A DNA stretch of 64,000 bases, taken from assembly GCA_030390025.1 (NCBI GenBank), contig CM059432.1, positions 22,632,001 through 22,696,000 on the forward strand, in the 5' to 3' direction. Below are positions 1-11,190 of the stretch, in pieces. The notes below the pieces were generated by a model that saw only the letters and a list, made by a program, of their open reading frames with translations, did no database searches and had not been told where the DNA came from. Each line of letters opens with the position of its first letter. Position 1 is the first letter of the stretch. Source of the DNA: Squalus acanthias. Lineage: Eukaryota. The position numbers and the translations under genes were made by a program.

Positions 1-440
1 CCTTGAATATACTCAACGATTCAGCATGCACAGCCCTTTGGGGTAGAGAATTCCAAAGATTCACAACCCTCTGAGTGAAGAAATTCCTCCTCATCTCAGT
101 CTTAAATGGCTGACCCCTTATCCTGAGACTATGCCCCCTAGTTCTAGACACTCCAGACAGGGGAAACAACCTCTCAACATCTACCCTGTCAATCACCTTC
201 AGTATCTTATATGTTTCAATGAGATCACATCTCATTCTTCTAAACTCCAGAGAGTATAGGCCCAATCTACTCAATCTCTCCTCATAGGACAACCCTCTCA
301 TCCCAGGGATCAATCTCGTGAACCTTCATTGCATGCCTCTAAAGCAAGTATGTCCTTTCTCAGATAAGGAGACCAAAACTGTGCACAGTACTCCAGGTGT
401 GGTCTCACCAAAGCCCTGTACAATTGTATTAAGACTTCCT
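1..440 (-). mobile_element. CR1-clade LINE, fragment of ORF2 3' region
   Basis: Colinear with the ORF2 C-terminal region of the other CR1 copies (e.g. CAAAACTGTGCACAGTACTCCAGGTGTGGTCTCACC); degenerate; runs off the window start. Confidence 0.9.
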
Positions 441-763
441 CCAGTCCTAGCATCCATATTCATCTTAATTAACTTATCCATATGGACTGAATCCAAGCCC
501 TTCATTTTATTGAAAACAACAACAACAACTTACATTTATATAGCACCTTTAATGTAGTAAAATATCCCAAGGCGCAAACCTCAGTCATATACCCTCTGAC
601 CTTATATTCCTCTGAAGTAAATACTCCAACTCTTAAAATATGCCCTAATAATAAGCCCTTAATACATAGATACTTAGATACATAGAAGATAGGAGCAGGA
701 GTAGGCCATCCGGCCCTTCGAGCCTGCTCCGCCATTTAATGAGATCATGGCTGATCCTCCAAT

Positions 764-3714
764 TCAGTATCCCGTCCCCGCCTTCTCTCCGTAACCCTTA
801 ACCCCTTTTGCCTGTAGAAATATATCTAATTCCCTCTTAAATATATTTAATGAGCTGGCGTACACTGCCCTCTGCGGCAATGAGTTCCACAGGTTCACCA
901 CCCTCTGAGTGAAGAATTTCCCCCTCATTTCTGTCCTAAATGGTTTAGCCCTTATCCTTAAATTATGTCCTCTAGTTCTGTTCTCACCCGCCAAGGGAAA
1001 CATTCCTTCTGCATCTAGTCTGTCTAGACCTGTCAGAATTTTATACACTTCTATGAGGTCCCCTCTCAATCTTCTAAACTCCAGTGTGTACATCCCTAAA
1101 CTACACAGTCTCTCCTCATAGGTCAATCCCGCCATTCCTGGTATCAGCCTGGTGAATCGCCGCTGCACCCCCTCCATGGCAAGAACATCTTTCCTCAGAT
1201 GAGGCGACCAAAACTGTACACAGTACTCGAGGTGTGGTCTCACCAGTGCCCTGTACAGCTGCAGCAAGGTATCCCTGTTCCTGTATTCCAACCCTTTTGC
1301 TATGAAGGCCAGCATACTGTTTGCCTTCTTGACCGCCTGTTGCACCTGCATGCTCGCCTTCAGTGACTGGTGTACAAGAACACCCAGGTCTCTCTGTACT
1401 TCCCCCTCTCCCAATTTATTGCCATTTAAATAATAATTTGCCCTCCTGTTCCTGCACCCAAGGTGGATAACTTCGCACTTGTCCACATTATAGTGCATCT
1501 GCCATTTATCCGCCCAATCACCCAGTCTGTCCAAATCGCTCTGGAGCTTCCTGGTCTCCTCCTCTGAGCCCACCCCCCCTCCTAGTTTAGTGTCGTCTGC
1601 AAATTTGGAAATGCTGCATCCGACTCCCTGATCCAGGTCATTAATGTAAATTGTGAACAGCTGGGGACCCAGGACAGATCCCTGTGGTACCCCACTTGTT
1701 ACTGCCTGCCATTCAGAAAATGAGCCGTTTATTCCAACTCTCTGTTTTCTATCTGACAGCCAGTTCTCTATCCACGTCAATACTTTCCCCTTTATCCCAT
1801 GAGCTTCAATTTTCCATGCTAATCTTTTATGCGGGACCTTATCGAAGGCCTTTTGGAAGTCCAGGTACACCACATCTACTGGCTCTCCCCCATCTATTTT
1901 ACCAGTTACTCCCTCAAAAAATTCCAATAGATTAGTCAAGCACGATTTACCCTTTGTAAATCCATGTTGACTCTGTCCTATCCTGTCCCCATTTGCTAAG
2001 TGCTCCGCTATTTCATCCTTAATGATGGACTCCAGCATTTTGCCCACAACTGATGTAAGGCTTACAGGTCTGTAATTACCTGCTTTTTCCCTACCCCCCT
2101 TTTTGAATAGTGGGTAACGTTAGCTACCCTCCAATCCATGGGCACTTTTCCCGAGTCTAATGAATTCTGAAAAATCATACTTAGTGCATCCGCTATCTCT
2201 AGGGCCACCTCCTTCAGTACCGTAGGATGCATGTTATCAGGCCCTGGGGATTTGTCCGCCTTCAATCCCTTTAGCTTCCTTAACACCATATCCTTAGAGA
2301 TATTGATTTGCGTCAGTTCCTCCTTTGCCAATGTCCCTATTTTTCCCGATATCCCAGGGAGGTTTTTTGTGTCTTCCTTCGTAAAGACTGACCCAAAGTA
2401 TGCATTTAGTTGGTCTGCCATTTCCTTATTTCCCGTTATATATTCCCCCGTATCTGACTGCAATGGACCAACTTTGGTTTTCACCAGTCTTTTCCTCTTG
2501 ATATACTTATAAAAGCTTTTGGAGTTAGTTTTTATATTTTCCGCCAGCTTGCTTTCGTAAGCTATTTTGCCCCTCTTGATTAAGCCCTTTGTCCTCCTTT
2601 GCTCCATCTTAAACTGTTCTCAATCTTCCGCTCTGGCGCTTTTTTTGGCTATTTTATACGCCCTATCTTTGGATTTTATGCTGTCTCTAATTTCCCCTGT
2701 TATCCACGGTTGAGTCACCTTTTTAGATTTCCTTTTATGCCAGATTGGTATAAACAATTTTTGCAATTTTGTCATTCTATCTTTAAATGCTTGCCATTGT
2801 TTATCTACCTCCAGTCCTCCCAGGAACGTTGTCCAATCAGACCTACTCAGTTCCCGTCTAATGGCATCATAATTCCCCTTGTTTAAATTCAGGACCTTAG
2901 TCTCTGAGTCAATTTCTTCGCTCTCCATTTCGAGTGAGAAATCGATCATGTTATGATCGCTCTGACCCAAGGGTCCCCGTACAACAAGATTACTAATTAG
3001 TCCCTTCTCATTGCACAGTACCCAGTCCAATATAGCCTGTTCCCGAGTTGGTTCCTCGACATATTGATCCAGATAACCATCCCTTAAACACTCAAGGAAT
3101 TCCTCCTCCTCATTATTTTTACTGATTAGGCTAGTCCAATCTATATGTAAGTTAAAGTCACCTATGATGACAGCTGTGCTCTTATTGCACGCTTCTCTAA
3201 TTTCCCTCGTGATGCCCTCCCCAACCTCTATTTTACTATTTGGAGGCCTATATACCACTCCTATTAATGTTTTTCGCCCCTCGCTATTTCTTAGCTCCAC
3301 CCATGCAGATTCTGTATTAACTGAGTTAATATCCTTCCTTTCAATTGCATTTATCCCCTCTTTTACCAGCAATGCTACCCCTCCTCCCTTTCTTTTTTGT
3401 CGATCCTTCCTAAATACTGAATACCCCTGTATGTTAAGCTCCCAGCCCTGCTCACCCTGCAACCATGTTTCCGTAATCCCAATTAGATCATAATTATTAA
3501 CCTCTATTTCCACAGCTAATTCATCTACCTTGTTCCTGATGCTTCTCGCATTAAGGTATAAAACCCTCAGGCTTTTTTTATGCTCATATTTTTTATGAAT
3601 TAGTTTGGCCCTTTGTTTTTTGTTCCTCACCCTTTTACCATTTATTTCTGTCTGCCTTTCACTTTCCTCTATTTCACTACATAGGTTTCTAGCCCGCTGC
3701 CATACTAGTTTAAA
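764..3714 (-). pseudogene. CR1 ORF2 (AP endonuclease + reverse transcriptase), disrupted
   Basis: Compared with copy B: TGG>TGA nonsense at 2620-2622 and a 1-bp deletion near 2112 (TGGGTAAC vs TGGGGTAAC); motifs LNARS, ETW, GDFN, SDH, QGSVLGP, FADD. Confidence 0.93.
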
Positions 3715-4652
3715 TGCTCCCGAACTGCTTTATCAAAAATTACCCCGAGAACATCAGTTCCATCTTTGCACAGGTGTAGACCGTCCCTTTTGTATAGGTC
3801 ACACCTACCACAAAACTGGTTCCAATGCCTCAAAAATTTAAAACCCTCCCTCTTACACCACTGCTCAAGCCACGTATTTAGCCTAACTATCCTGTTCTCT
3901 GTACTCTTACTAGCACGTGGCACTGGTAGTAATCCAGAGATTACTACCTTCGAGGTCCTACTTTTTAGCTTGGCTCCTAACTCCCTAAATTCTACTTGTA
4001 GGACCTCTTCCCTTTTTTTAGCTACGTCGTTGGTACCAACATGTATCACGACAACTGGCTGTTCCCCCTCCCCCTCCAGAATGTTCTGCACCCGCGCCGA
4101 GACATCCTTGACCCTTGCACCAGGGAGGCAACATACCATCCTGGAGTCTCGGTCGCGACCACAGAAACCCCTATCTATTCCCCTTACAATCGAATCCCCT
4201 ATTACTATAGCCCTGCCACTCTTTTTCCCTCCCTTCTTTGCAACAGAGCCAGTCATGGTGCCATGAGCCTGGCTGCTGGTGCCTTCCCCCGATGAGTCAT
4301 CCCCCCCGACAACAGCACCTAAGGCGGTGAACCTGTTGCTAAGGGAGACAACCCCAGGGGATTTCTGCACTACCTTCCTGCCCTTGCTCTGCCTTTTGGT
4401 CACCCATGTACTATCTACGCTGGCCTTAACCTGCGGTGTGACCAACTCACTAAATGTGCTATCCACAACCCTCTCAGAATCGTGGATGCTCCAAAGTGAG
4501 TCCATCCGCAGCTCAAGGGCCGTCATGCGGTCCCACATGAGCTGCAGCTGGACACACTTCCCGCACACATGGTTGTCAGGGACACAGGAAGCGTCCCTGA
4601 TTTCCCACATATTACAGGAGGAGCATGACACAGGTCCGAGCTCTACTGCCAT
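3705..4652 (-). CDS. CR1 ORF1 protein: N-terminal CxxC/CxxC zinc finger, coiled coil, SGNH esterase domain
   Basis: 315-aa open ATG ORF; CSSC...CGKC, LSNRF, GDS, GTND and DGLH motifs. Confidence 0.92.
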   Translation of the reverse strand: MAVELGPVSCSSCNMWEIRDASCVPDNHVCGKCVQLQLMWDRMTALELRMDSLWSIHDSERVVDSTFSELVTPQVKASVDSTWVTKRQSKGRKVVQKSPGVVSLSNRFTALGAVVGGDDSSGEGTSSQAHGTMTGSVAKKGGKKSGRAIVIGDSIVRGIDRGFCGRDRDSRMVCCLPGARVKDVSARVQNILEGEGEQPVVVIHVGTNDVAKKREEVLQVEFRELGAKLKSRTSKVVISGLLPVPRASKSTENRIVRLNTWLEQWCKREGFKFLRHWNQFCGRCDLYKRDGLHLCKDGTDVLGVIFDKAVREHLN

Positions 4653-5093
4653 GACTTAACCCTTATATTACTTTTTAATTTTCTAGTTTTAGTTTATTTA
4701 TTGACTTTTGTTTTCCCGAAGCTTACTTAGACCAATGTATACTGTACTCCTCTTATTCCTTTTTAAACTAACCAAATCCCACTAGTTTTAGTTTTACTTT
4801 CTAGGAAGGTTTGAGGAAAGTACTTACCAGTTAGTTTTACCTCCCTGGTCTTTCGCTGACTTCCCGGTCTTGTGTCCCCTTGGTCCTATGCCGACTTCCC
4901 GCTCCTCCCGGTTCCTGCCCTGCTGAAAAGAAACTGAGACCAAAAAATTTGTGACCTCTGTTTTTAGACTGCTAAAAGACTAGTAGGTTAGAGGAGGAGG
5001 GCGGGTGGGGGTTCCTACTCTGTAGGAACTCAGGTTTAAGCCACCACCCTCCTTAAATGCCATTCACCTGGGTGCTTCCCACCTGGTCCGCTT

Positions 5094-5639
5094 CCGGTCT
5101 TGTCTCTCCCGACAACAGCCTGTGAAAGAAAAGCCCGCGAAAGTTAGTTCAAATACTCACAGGACCTCCGGTCTCGTCTCTCCCGACAACAGCCTGTGAA
5201 AGAAAAGCCCGCGAAAGTGAGTTCAAATACTCACAGGACCTCCGGTCTCGTCTCTCCCGACAACAGCCTGTGAAAGAAAAGCCCGCGAAAGTGAGTTCAA
5301 ATACTCACAGGACCTCCGGTCTCGTCTCTCCCGACAACAGCCTGTGAAAGAAAAGCCCGCGAAAGTGAGTTCAAATACTCACAGGACCTCCGGTCTCGTC
5401 TCTCCCGACAACAGCCTGTGAAAGAAAAGCCCGCGAAAGTGAGTTCAAATACTCACAGGACCTCCGGTCTCATCTCTCCCGACAACAGCCTGTGAAAGAA
5501 AAGCCCGCGAAAGTGAGTTCAAATACTCACAGGACCTCCGGTCTCGTCTCTCCCGACAACAGCCTGTGAAAGAAAAGCCAGCGAAAGTGAGTTCAAATAC
5601 TCACAGGACCTCCGGTCTCGTCTCTCCCGACAACAGCCT
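5094..5639 (-). repeat. 74-bp tandem monomer array at the 5' end of CR1 copy A (~7.4 copies)
   Basis: Unit CCGGTCTCGTCTCTCCCGACAACAGCCTGTGAAAGAAAAGCCCGCGAAAGTGAGTTCAAATACTCACAGGACCT starts at 5094, 5168, 5242, 5316 and onward. Confidence 0.97.
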
Positions 5640-6126
5640 ATCATATTGGTCAGCCTCCCTTGCACCTCATCTGGAGTCGAAGGGGGGATAATTCAGTTGG
5701 TTGCACCTCCCGTTAGTGCCTTAAGAGGGCGCTAATGGGACGCAAAGCAACTAGCGCCCGGGCACAGCGATGTTTGCGCCGCTCGTAAAATTAACTAGAC
5801 ATTTTGCGGTGGCGCTAAACTTTACCACCGCGATCTCCTGCGCACGCAGATCTTGACATCATACGAGGGTGCAACGCCCTTGTGGCGCCCCGGAGCGGAA
5901 ATTGAGTGGCGCCCCCATCCTTTCCGCTTGGTGCAACCAACGACCGGAAGACTGGAACGCTCCCCAGTCGCTGTGGGGCTGGGGGGGGCGCTATTTAAAG
6001 AGGGCCTCTTCCTGTCTTTCTCTGTGGTTGACATTTTTGCACCACTCGTTCTGAGAGAGAGAGAGAGAGATTCGGAGAGAGAGAAAGAGAGACTTCTGCA
6101 TTGAGTCAACGCTGTGTGAGGTAGTT

Positions 6127-7335
6127 TTGGCTACTGATCATAACTTTGCAGGTACTTTGGTTTTTGACCTTCATAACTTTGATTGCCAAGAGACTCTGGG
6201 GGCTGCACTGATTGGGGGCGTCGTCCTGCACCACCAGAATCGGAGGACACAGAGACACAGAGAGAGAGTGGCAATCAACAGGTCTCTGTACAGGGGACCT
6301 TATCCTCCCAGGGTATATCGCCAACAATTCACATATATTAATATGTCTGAGGAGCAGTGTTTGCGAAGGCTGCGCTTCAGCAAGGAGGTAATCACTGAGC
6401 TCTGCCATCTGCTGCAGCCAGATCTGCAGCCTCAACTGAGGTCCAGGACGTCTCTGTCGGTGGCAGTGAAGATCACAGTGGCTCTGAACTTTTATGCCAC
6501 TGGCTCATTTCAATCAGCTACTGGGGACATCGCCAATATCTCCCAGTTCGCGGTGCATTGCTGCATCCATCAGGTCACAAGTGCCCTCTTTAAAAGGAGA
6601 CGAGAGTACATCTCTTTCCCCAATACCCCAGACAAGCAGCAAGAACTCGCAATGGGCTTTGCTAGGATAGCAGGCTTCCCCATGGTGCAGGGCGCCATTG
6701 ACTGCACGCATGTGGCTTTTCGTGCTCCGCATGAGAATGTCGAGGATTTCCGCAACAGAAAGGGGTTCCATTCCTTAAACGTTCAGTTGGTCTGTGACCA
6801 CAGACAGCTGATACTAGCTGTCAATGCCCACTATCCAGGCAGCTGCCACGATACATTCATCCTGCGCCAGACTACTGTGGCAGAACTTTTCCAGGCTCCG
6901 CATCAGCCAGTTGGTTGGCTTCTCGGGGACAAGGGATATCCACTGAGCACCTGGCTGATGACACTGCTCCGTACGCCCAACACCCCTGCTGAGCTGCGGT
7001 ACAACGAGAGCCATCAAGCTACCAGGAACATCGTTGAGCACACAATCGGCGTGCTCAAGCAACGGTTCCGCTGTCTGGACCATTCTGGAGGAGCCCTGCA
7101 GTACTCGCCTGAGCGAGTTTCCCACTTCGTAGTTGTGTGCTGCATGCTGCATAACATGGCAATCCTCAGGACCCAGCCAATGCCACCAGGCCTTGGAGCA
7201 CCACCAGAGGAGGAGGAGGAAGAGGAGGAGGAAGAGGAGGAGGATGATCATCAGCAGCACCAAGGCGGGAGGGAGGCCCACAATGTAGAAACTGGAAGGG
7301 CCGTCCGTCAACGGCTGATAGCAAGCCGCTTCTAG
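6127..7335 (+). CDS. Harbinger (HARBI1-like) DDE transposase
   Basis: Open frame with GAIDCTHV, NRKGFHSLNVQLVCD, PGSCHD, LLGDKGY, RNIVEHTIGVLKQRFRCL and an acidic tail; start uncertain (track start is TTG; CTG at 6196; first ATG at 6343). Confidence 0.92.
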   Translation: MATDHNFAGTLVFDLHNFDCQETLGAALIGGVVLHHQNRRTQRHRERVAINRSLYRGPYPPRVYRQQFTYINMSEEQCLRRLRFSKEVITELCHLLQPDLQPQLRSRTSLSVAVKITVALNFYATGSFQSATGDIANISQFAVHCCIHQVTSALFKRRREYISFPNTPDKQQELAMGFARIAGFPMVQGAIDCTHVAFRAPHENVEDFRNRKGFHSLNVQLVCDHRQLILAVNAHYPGSCHDTFILRQTTVAELFQAPHQPVGWLLGDKGYPLSTWLMTLLRTPNTPAELRYNESHQATRNIVEHTIGVLKQRFRCLDHSGGALQYSPERVSHFVVVCCMLHNMAILRTQPMPPGLGAPPEEEEEEEEEEEEDDHQQHQGGREAHNVETGRAVRQRLIASRF

Positions 7336-7634
7336 GCCCCTGCTGAGGAAATGGCTTCTGCCATTGAGAACAACATGAATGAAACCAACCCGCAACCCCT
7401 AAGCCGGCCAAGGCAGCAATGATTCCAAAGACCAAACATGTACATTTTGAATACAAAAACTTATTTATTTCACAAACTCTGTGTGTGTCATTTCCTCATG
7501 ACAAACTAATAGAAAGAAACACAAAAACACAGTCATTAACATAACTGGTTCTCATAACCTGGAGATAATGTTCAAAAGTTTGACCACGAACCTTAGCCTT
7601 TAATAAAAAAATGACCAACATTTTGTCACACCTC

Positions 7635-9453
7635 CTACTTTTTGCCCTTCGAGTGTGATCTCCTTCCCTTGCGCACTTTCCCCTTTCCCACCCTACTGCT
7701 CCTCCGTAATGGGACCTCAGTGGCTGCAGCAAGGCTGGTGGAAGGCTGCTGATTGTCAGAACCTGAGACTACAGATGCCCTTGAAGGACGGCCTCGACCA
7801 GCTCTGGGCCTGGAGGGCCCGGCTGCAGACTGCACCAACTCTGCATGGGCGGCAGCAGTCTGTCCTACAGGCGGTGGCAAGTGCAGTGGAGAAGTGACAG
7901 TGGTGGCAGCAGGAATGCTGTCATCTTGAGAGAGGACAGCAACTCCCTGCTCGACCAACACACTGGCACTCCCACAGGGCAGCACTTCAGCATCCAGAGC
8001 AATCTGCTGGAGCACAGATTACTGGCCTGCTGCGCCGCGGTGAGAGCCCCGGGGAAATGTGTACGAACCATCCAGGATGGCAGCAGTCAGTGCTCGCGTG
8101 GCCTCAATATGAGTTTGCAGGAGAGCAGTCAGAGATGGGATCACGGCAGCCAGTGACTGAATTGCAGCACTAAGCTTTAGTGTGGCATCCGCCTGTGCTA
8201 CAGCGAAGTGCTCCACACTCCTTGCCAGTGATTCAATGCATTCGGGCACCCTTCCCACTGCACCCATGAGCTCAGTGTGCATGTCTACCGCCTGGGTGTT
8301 CATTTCAGCGATGAGCCGCTCCTCCTCTGCGTCCAGTGCAGTAGGACTCGCTGGCATACTCTCCCTCCGGGGAGAAGGCCCCCGAGCTTCCCTACCCCCA
8401 TGGCATTCCTGCAGCCCACTAGGTCCTGGAGCTTCACCCTCATCAGACCCTTCCCCCCTGCTCCCCTCCAGGGAAGGCGTGTTCCCAGTGTGGGCATGGG
8501 CTTCCTTGGGAGAGGGTGGCGCTGATGCTCCGGCTTCCTCTTCCTCCTCGGCTGCAGCTTCACTCCCACTGGCAGCTTGAGGGCCCGTCTCCTCAGCTGG
8601 TGAATCACCATCTGAAAGCAGGGAGGTACAAGAGTGGCTTTAGCGTGAGGACAGGGGGGCAGTAAGGGAGGAATGAGTGCAGCGATTTAGTAAGTTGGAT
8701 TGTAAGTGTCAAATGTTGGTGTTGTGAGGGACAAGTGGAAGGACAGAGGTCAAAAAGGTGATGACCTTACCATTGCTGTCCAGAACGGGGTCGGTGTCTC
8801 CAGTGGCGACGGGACCGATCACCCGGCTTGCCACAATCCTGTGGACGCGCGCCTCAAGATCGCTGAGGGGTTGCAGCTGAGGCCGCCCTCCATCCGTCGG
8901 TGCTGCTGTCTCCTATTATGAGATAGCTTGGCCTGCAAGAAAAAGGACGGCATCTGAGTAAATATACAGCCATGGTCTTGCCTGATGTGCCTCCCATAGG
9001 TGAATAGCCCTTACTGTATGCAGCCATGGTCTTGCCTGATGTGCCTCCCATAGGTGAATAGCCCTTACTGTATGCAAAGTGTGGAATGTGCATGTGTGTT
9101 TCATGAGAGGGCCATAGGTGTTGGATGAGTGTTGTGCATTGGGGTTTTAAGACCCTCTGGCCATAGAGTGAGGTTGAGATGGAGGGATGGAGAGGTATTG
9201 AAAAAAAGCCACTCACCCTGACGATCCGAGTGAGGTCGTTGAACTTTTTTCGACATTGTATATGGGTCCTGGGCACCATGCTCCTGGAGGAGACGCTCTG
9301 AGCCACCTCCCTCCACACTCTTCTGTACTCGCGCGGCAAAGGCCTCCTGCCACTCTCAGGGAAGAGTATAGATCTTCTGCGCTCCACCGCGCCAACCAGA
9401 GCATCCAAGGCCTGCTCGCTGAAGCGCTGAGCTCGTTCTCTCACCCTCTCCAT
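7635..9453 (-). pseudogene. Harbinger Myb/SANT (MSANTD-like) DNA-binding partner gene, 3 exons, disrupted
   Basis: Exon 1 9453-9217 (RFSEQALDAL...WREVA...QCRKKFNDL, donor GTGAGT); exon 2 8932-8771 (acceptor TTGCAG, donor GTAAGG, 1-nt frameshift near 8899); exon 3 8611-7635 (acceptor TTTCAG, in-frame TAA at 8019-8021). Confidence 0.85.
8967..9076. repeat. 54-bp tandem duplication in intron 1 of the Myb/SANT gene
   Basis: CAGCCATGGTCTTGCCTGATGTGCCTCCCATAGGTGAATAGCCCTTACTGTATG at 8967 and 9021. Confidence 0.95.
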
Positions 9454-10274
9454 AGTCCTTGGCTGGAAGATTTAGGCACAGGTCTATCCAGGCTGAGATT
9501 CAAGGCTCCAATGAGCAGGGTGTGGCTGCAGTGCAAGATCGACCCTTCCCTTTAAGAACTGTCCGGCGCCAGTGTGTCTGTGTTCCATCGCTAACTGACA
9601 TCACCAGCGCTGCGCCCGCGCTCTGAGTTAGCGCCTCGCTCCTCGGCCTTTGTGCCTTAAGACAGGTGTGTAGCACCTGATTTAGCGCTCCAATCACCTC
9701 CAGGGGCGATAAAAGTCAAGTTTGCAGTCGGAGGCGATAATTAGCGACAGGCGCCAATCTTTGCGCCCGGCCGATAATTGCGCCCCAAATGGGGCGATAC
9801 TGAATTTCTCCCCCTAATTTTCTCTGCTACCTGTCGGACCAGAATCTGGATGGAATACTCTGAGAGCAGATGTATGAAAGCCTTTTATATCTGAGTTATA
9901 CTACTCTTTACTTTATACTCACTGGTCCTAGCAATACAACCTGAAATCTTATTTATAGTTAATATTGCTAGCACTCAACCTGATGTGGACCTCACTGGGT
10001 AATTTTCCATCTGTATAAAATAGCCGTTGATGGCACATTTTGAGGGGCATCAGGTGAAGAGCATTTTTGTAAACAAAATGGTGCTTGTGTAATCCTCTGC
10101 AGTTGAATAATCTCTCTGTGGGACACTCCTTCAAATAATTAAATACTTTTGAAGGCTCCCCACAAATATTGACACACTCCTCGGGACCCCCTGAAAACTG
10201 ACAACTTCTTAACTTTATAAGACATTGTCAACCAAACAAAGAAAGATAGTGCTATAAGTAAAGACTGTTCTCCT

Positions 10275-10772
10275 TAGAACATAAGAAATAGGAGCAGGAG
10301 CAGGCCATTTGGCCCCTTGAATAAGATCACGGCTGATCCAATTTCGGCCTCAACTCCAATTTCCTGCCCGTTCCCCATAACCCTTGACTCCCCCGTTATT
10401 TAAAAAATCTGTCTATCTCAGCCTTGAATATATTCAATGACTCAGCCTCCACAGCTCTCTGGAGTAAAGAATTCAAAAAATTCACGACCCTCTGAGAGAA
10501 GAAATTCCTCCCCATCATCATCGTCTTAAATTCTTATTCTGAGCCTTTGCCCCCTCGTTCTAGATTCCCCCACGAGGGGAAACATCCTCACAGCATCTAC
10601 CCTGTCCAATCCCCTCAGAATCTTATATGTTTCAATAAGATCACCTCTCATTCTTCTAAACTCCAATGAGTATAGGCCCAACCTGCTCAACCTTTCCTCA
10701 TAAGACAAGCCTTCCATCCCAGGAATCAACCTAGTGAACCTTCTCTGAACTGCCTCCAATGCAAGTATATCC
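10275..10772 (-). mobile_element. 5'-truncated CR1 (3' end)
   Basis: ORF 10526-10759 [14 protein letters not shown]...; CR1 3' hairpin and tail. Confidence 0.9.
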
Positions 10773-10774
10773 CT

Positions 10775-11190
10775 ATATATTGGAGCTGAGAAGGCTAAGA
10801 GGAGATTTGATAGAGGTGTTTAAAATCATAAAGGGTCTAGATAGAGTAAATAAAGAGAAACTGTTTCCAGCGGCTGAAGGATCGATAACCAGAGGGCACA
10901 GATTTAAGGTGATTGACAAAAGAACCAGAGGCGGCATGAGGAAATGCTTTTCTACGCAACGAGTGGTTAGGATTTGGAATGCACTGCCTGATAGGGTGGT
11001 GGATACAGATTCAATAATAGCCTTCAAAAGGGAATTGGATAAATATTTGCAGAAGAAAATATTGCAGGGATATGGGGAAAGAGCAGGGGAGTGGGACTAA
11101 TTGGATTGCTCTTCGAAAGAGCTGCCACAGACTCGATGGGCCGAATGACCTCCTTCTGTGCTGGACTATTCTATGGTTCTATGATTCTAT
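10775..11190 (+). mobile_element. 5'-truncated CR1 of a different subfamily (3' end)
   Basis: LELRRLRGDLIEVFK...GYGERAGEWD; tail (TTCTATGA)n. Confidence 0.9.

Larger units (their letters stand above)
663..5639 (-). mobile_element. Full-length CR1-clade LINE, copy A (ORF2 disabled)
   Basis: 5' monomer array, 5'UTR, ORF1, APE-RT ORF2, 3' hairpin and (ATCTATGT)n-type tail; nearly identical by eye to copy B. Confidence 0.97.
5682..9814 (+). mobile_element. Full-length PIF/Harbinger DNA transposon
   Basis: Imperfect TIRs GGGGGGATAATTCAGT (5682) and ACTGAATTTCTCCCCC (9799-9814); flanks GAA/TAA (near 3-bp TSD); convergent transposase and Myb/SANT genes. Confidence 0.92.

Noticed and set aside
3766..4659. 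Long ORFs antisense to CR1 ORF1/ORF2
   Set aside because: Shadows of the coding strand; they recur only because the elements are near-identical
5094..5639. 74-76 bp arrays as CRISPR arrays or tRNA clusters
   Set aside because: Units are identical end to end with no unique spacers and no cas genes; the GTGAG-TTCAAATA-CTCAC T-arm look is lost in monomer B and there is no cloverleaf
10275..11190. Head-to-head CR1 fragments as a twin-priming inversion
   Set aside because: Each has its own 3' tail and they belong to different subfamilies, so these are independent insertions
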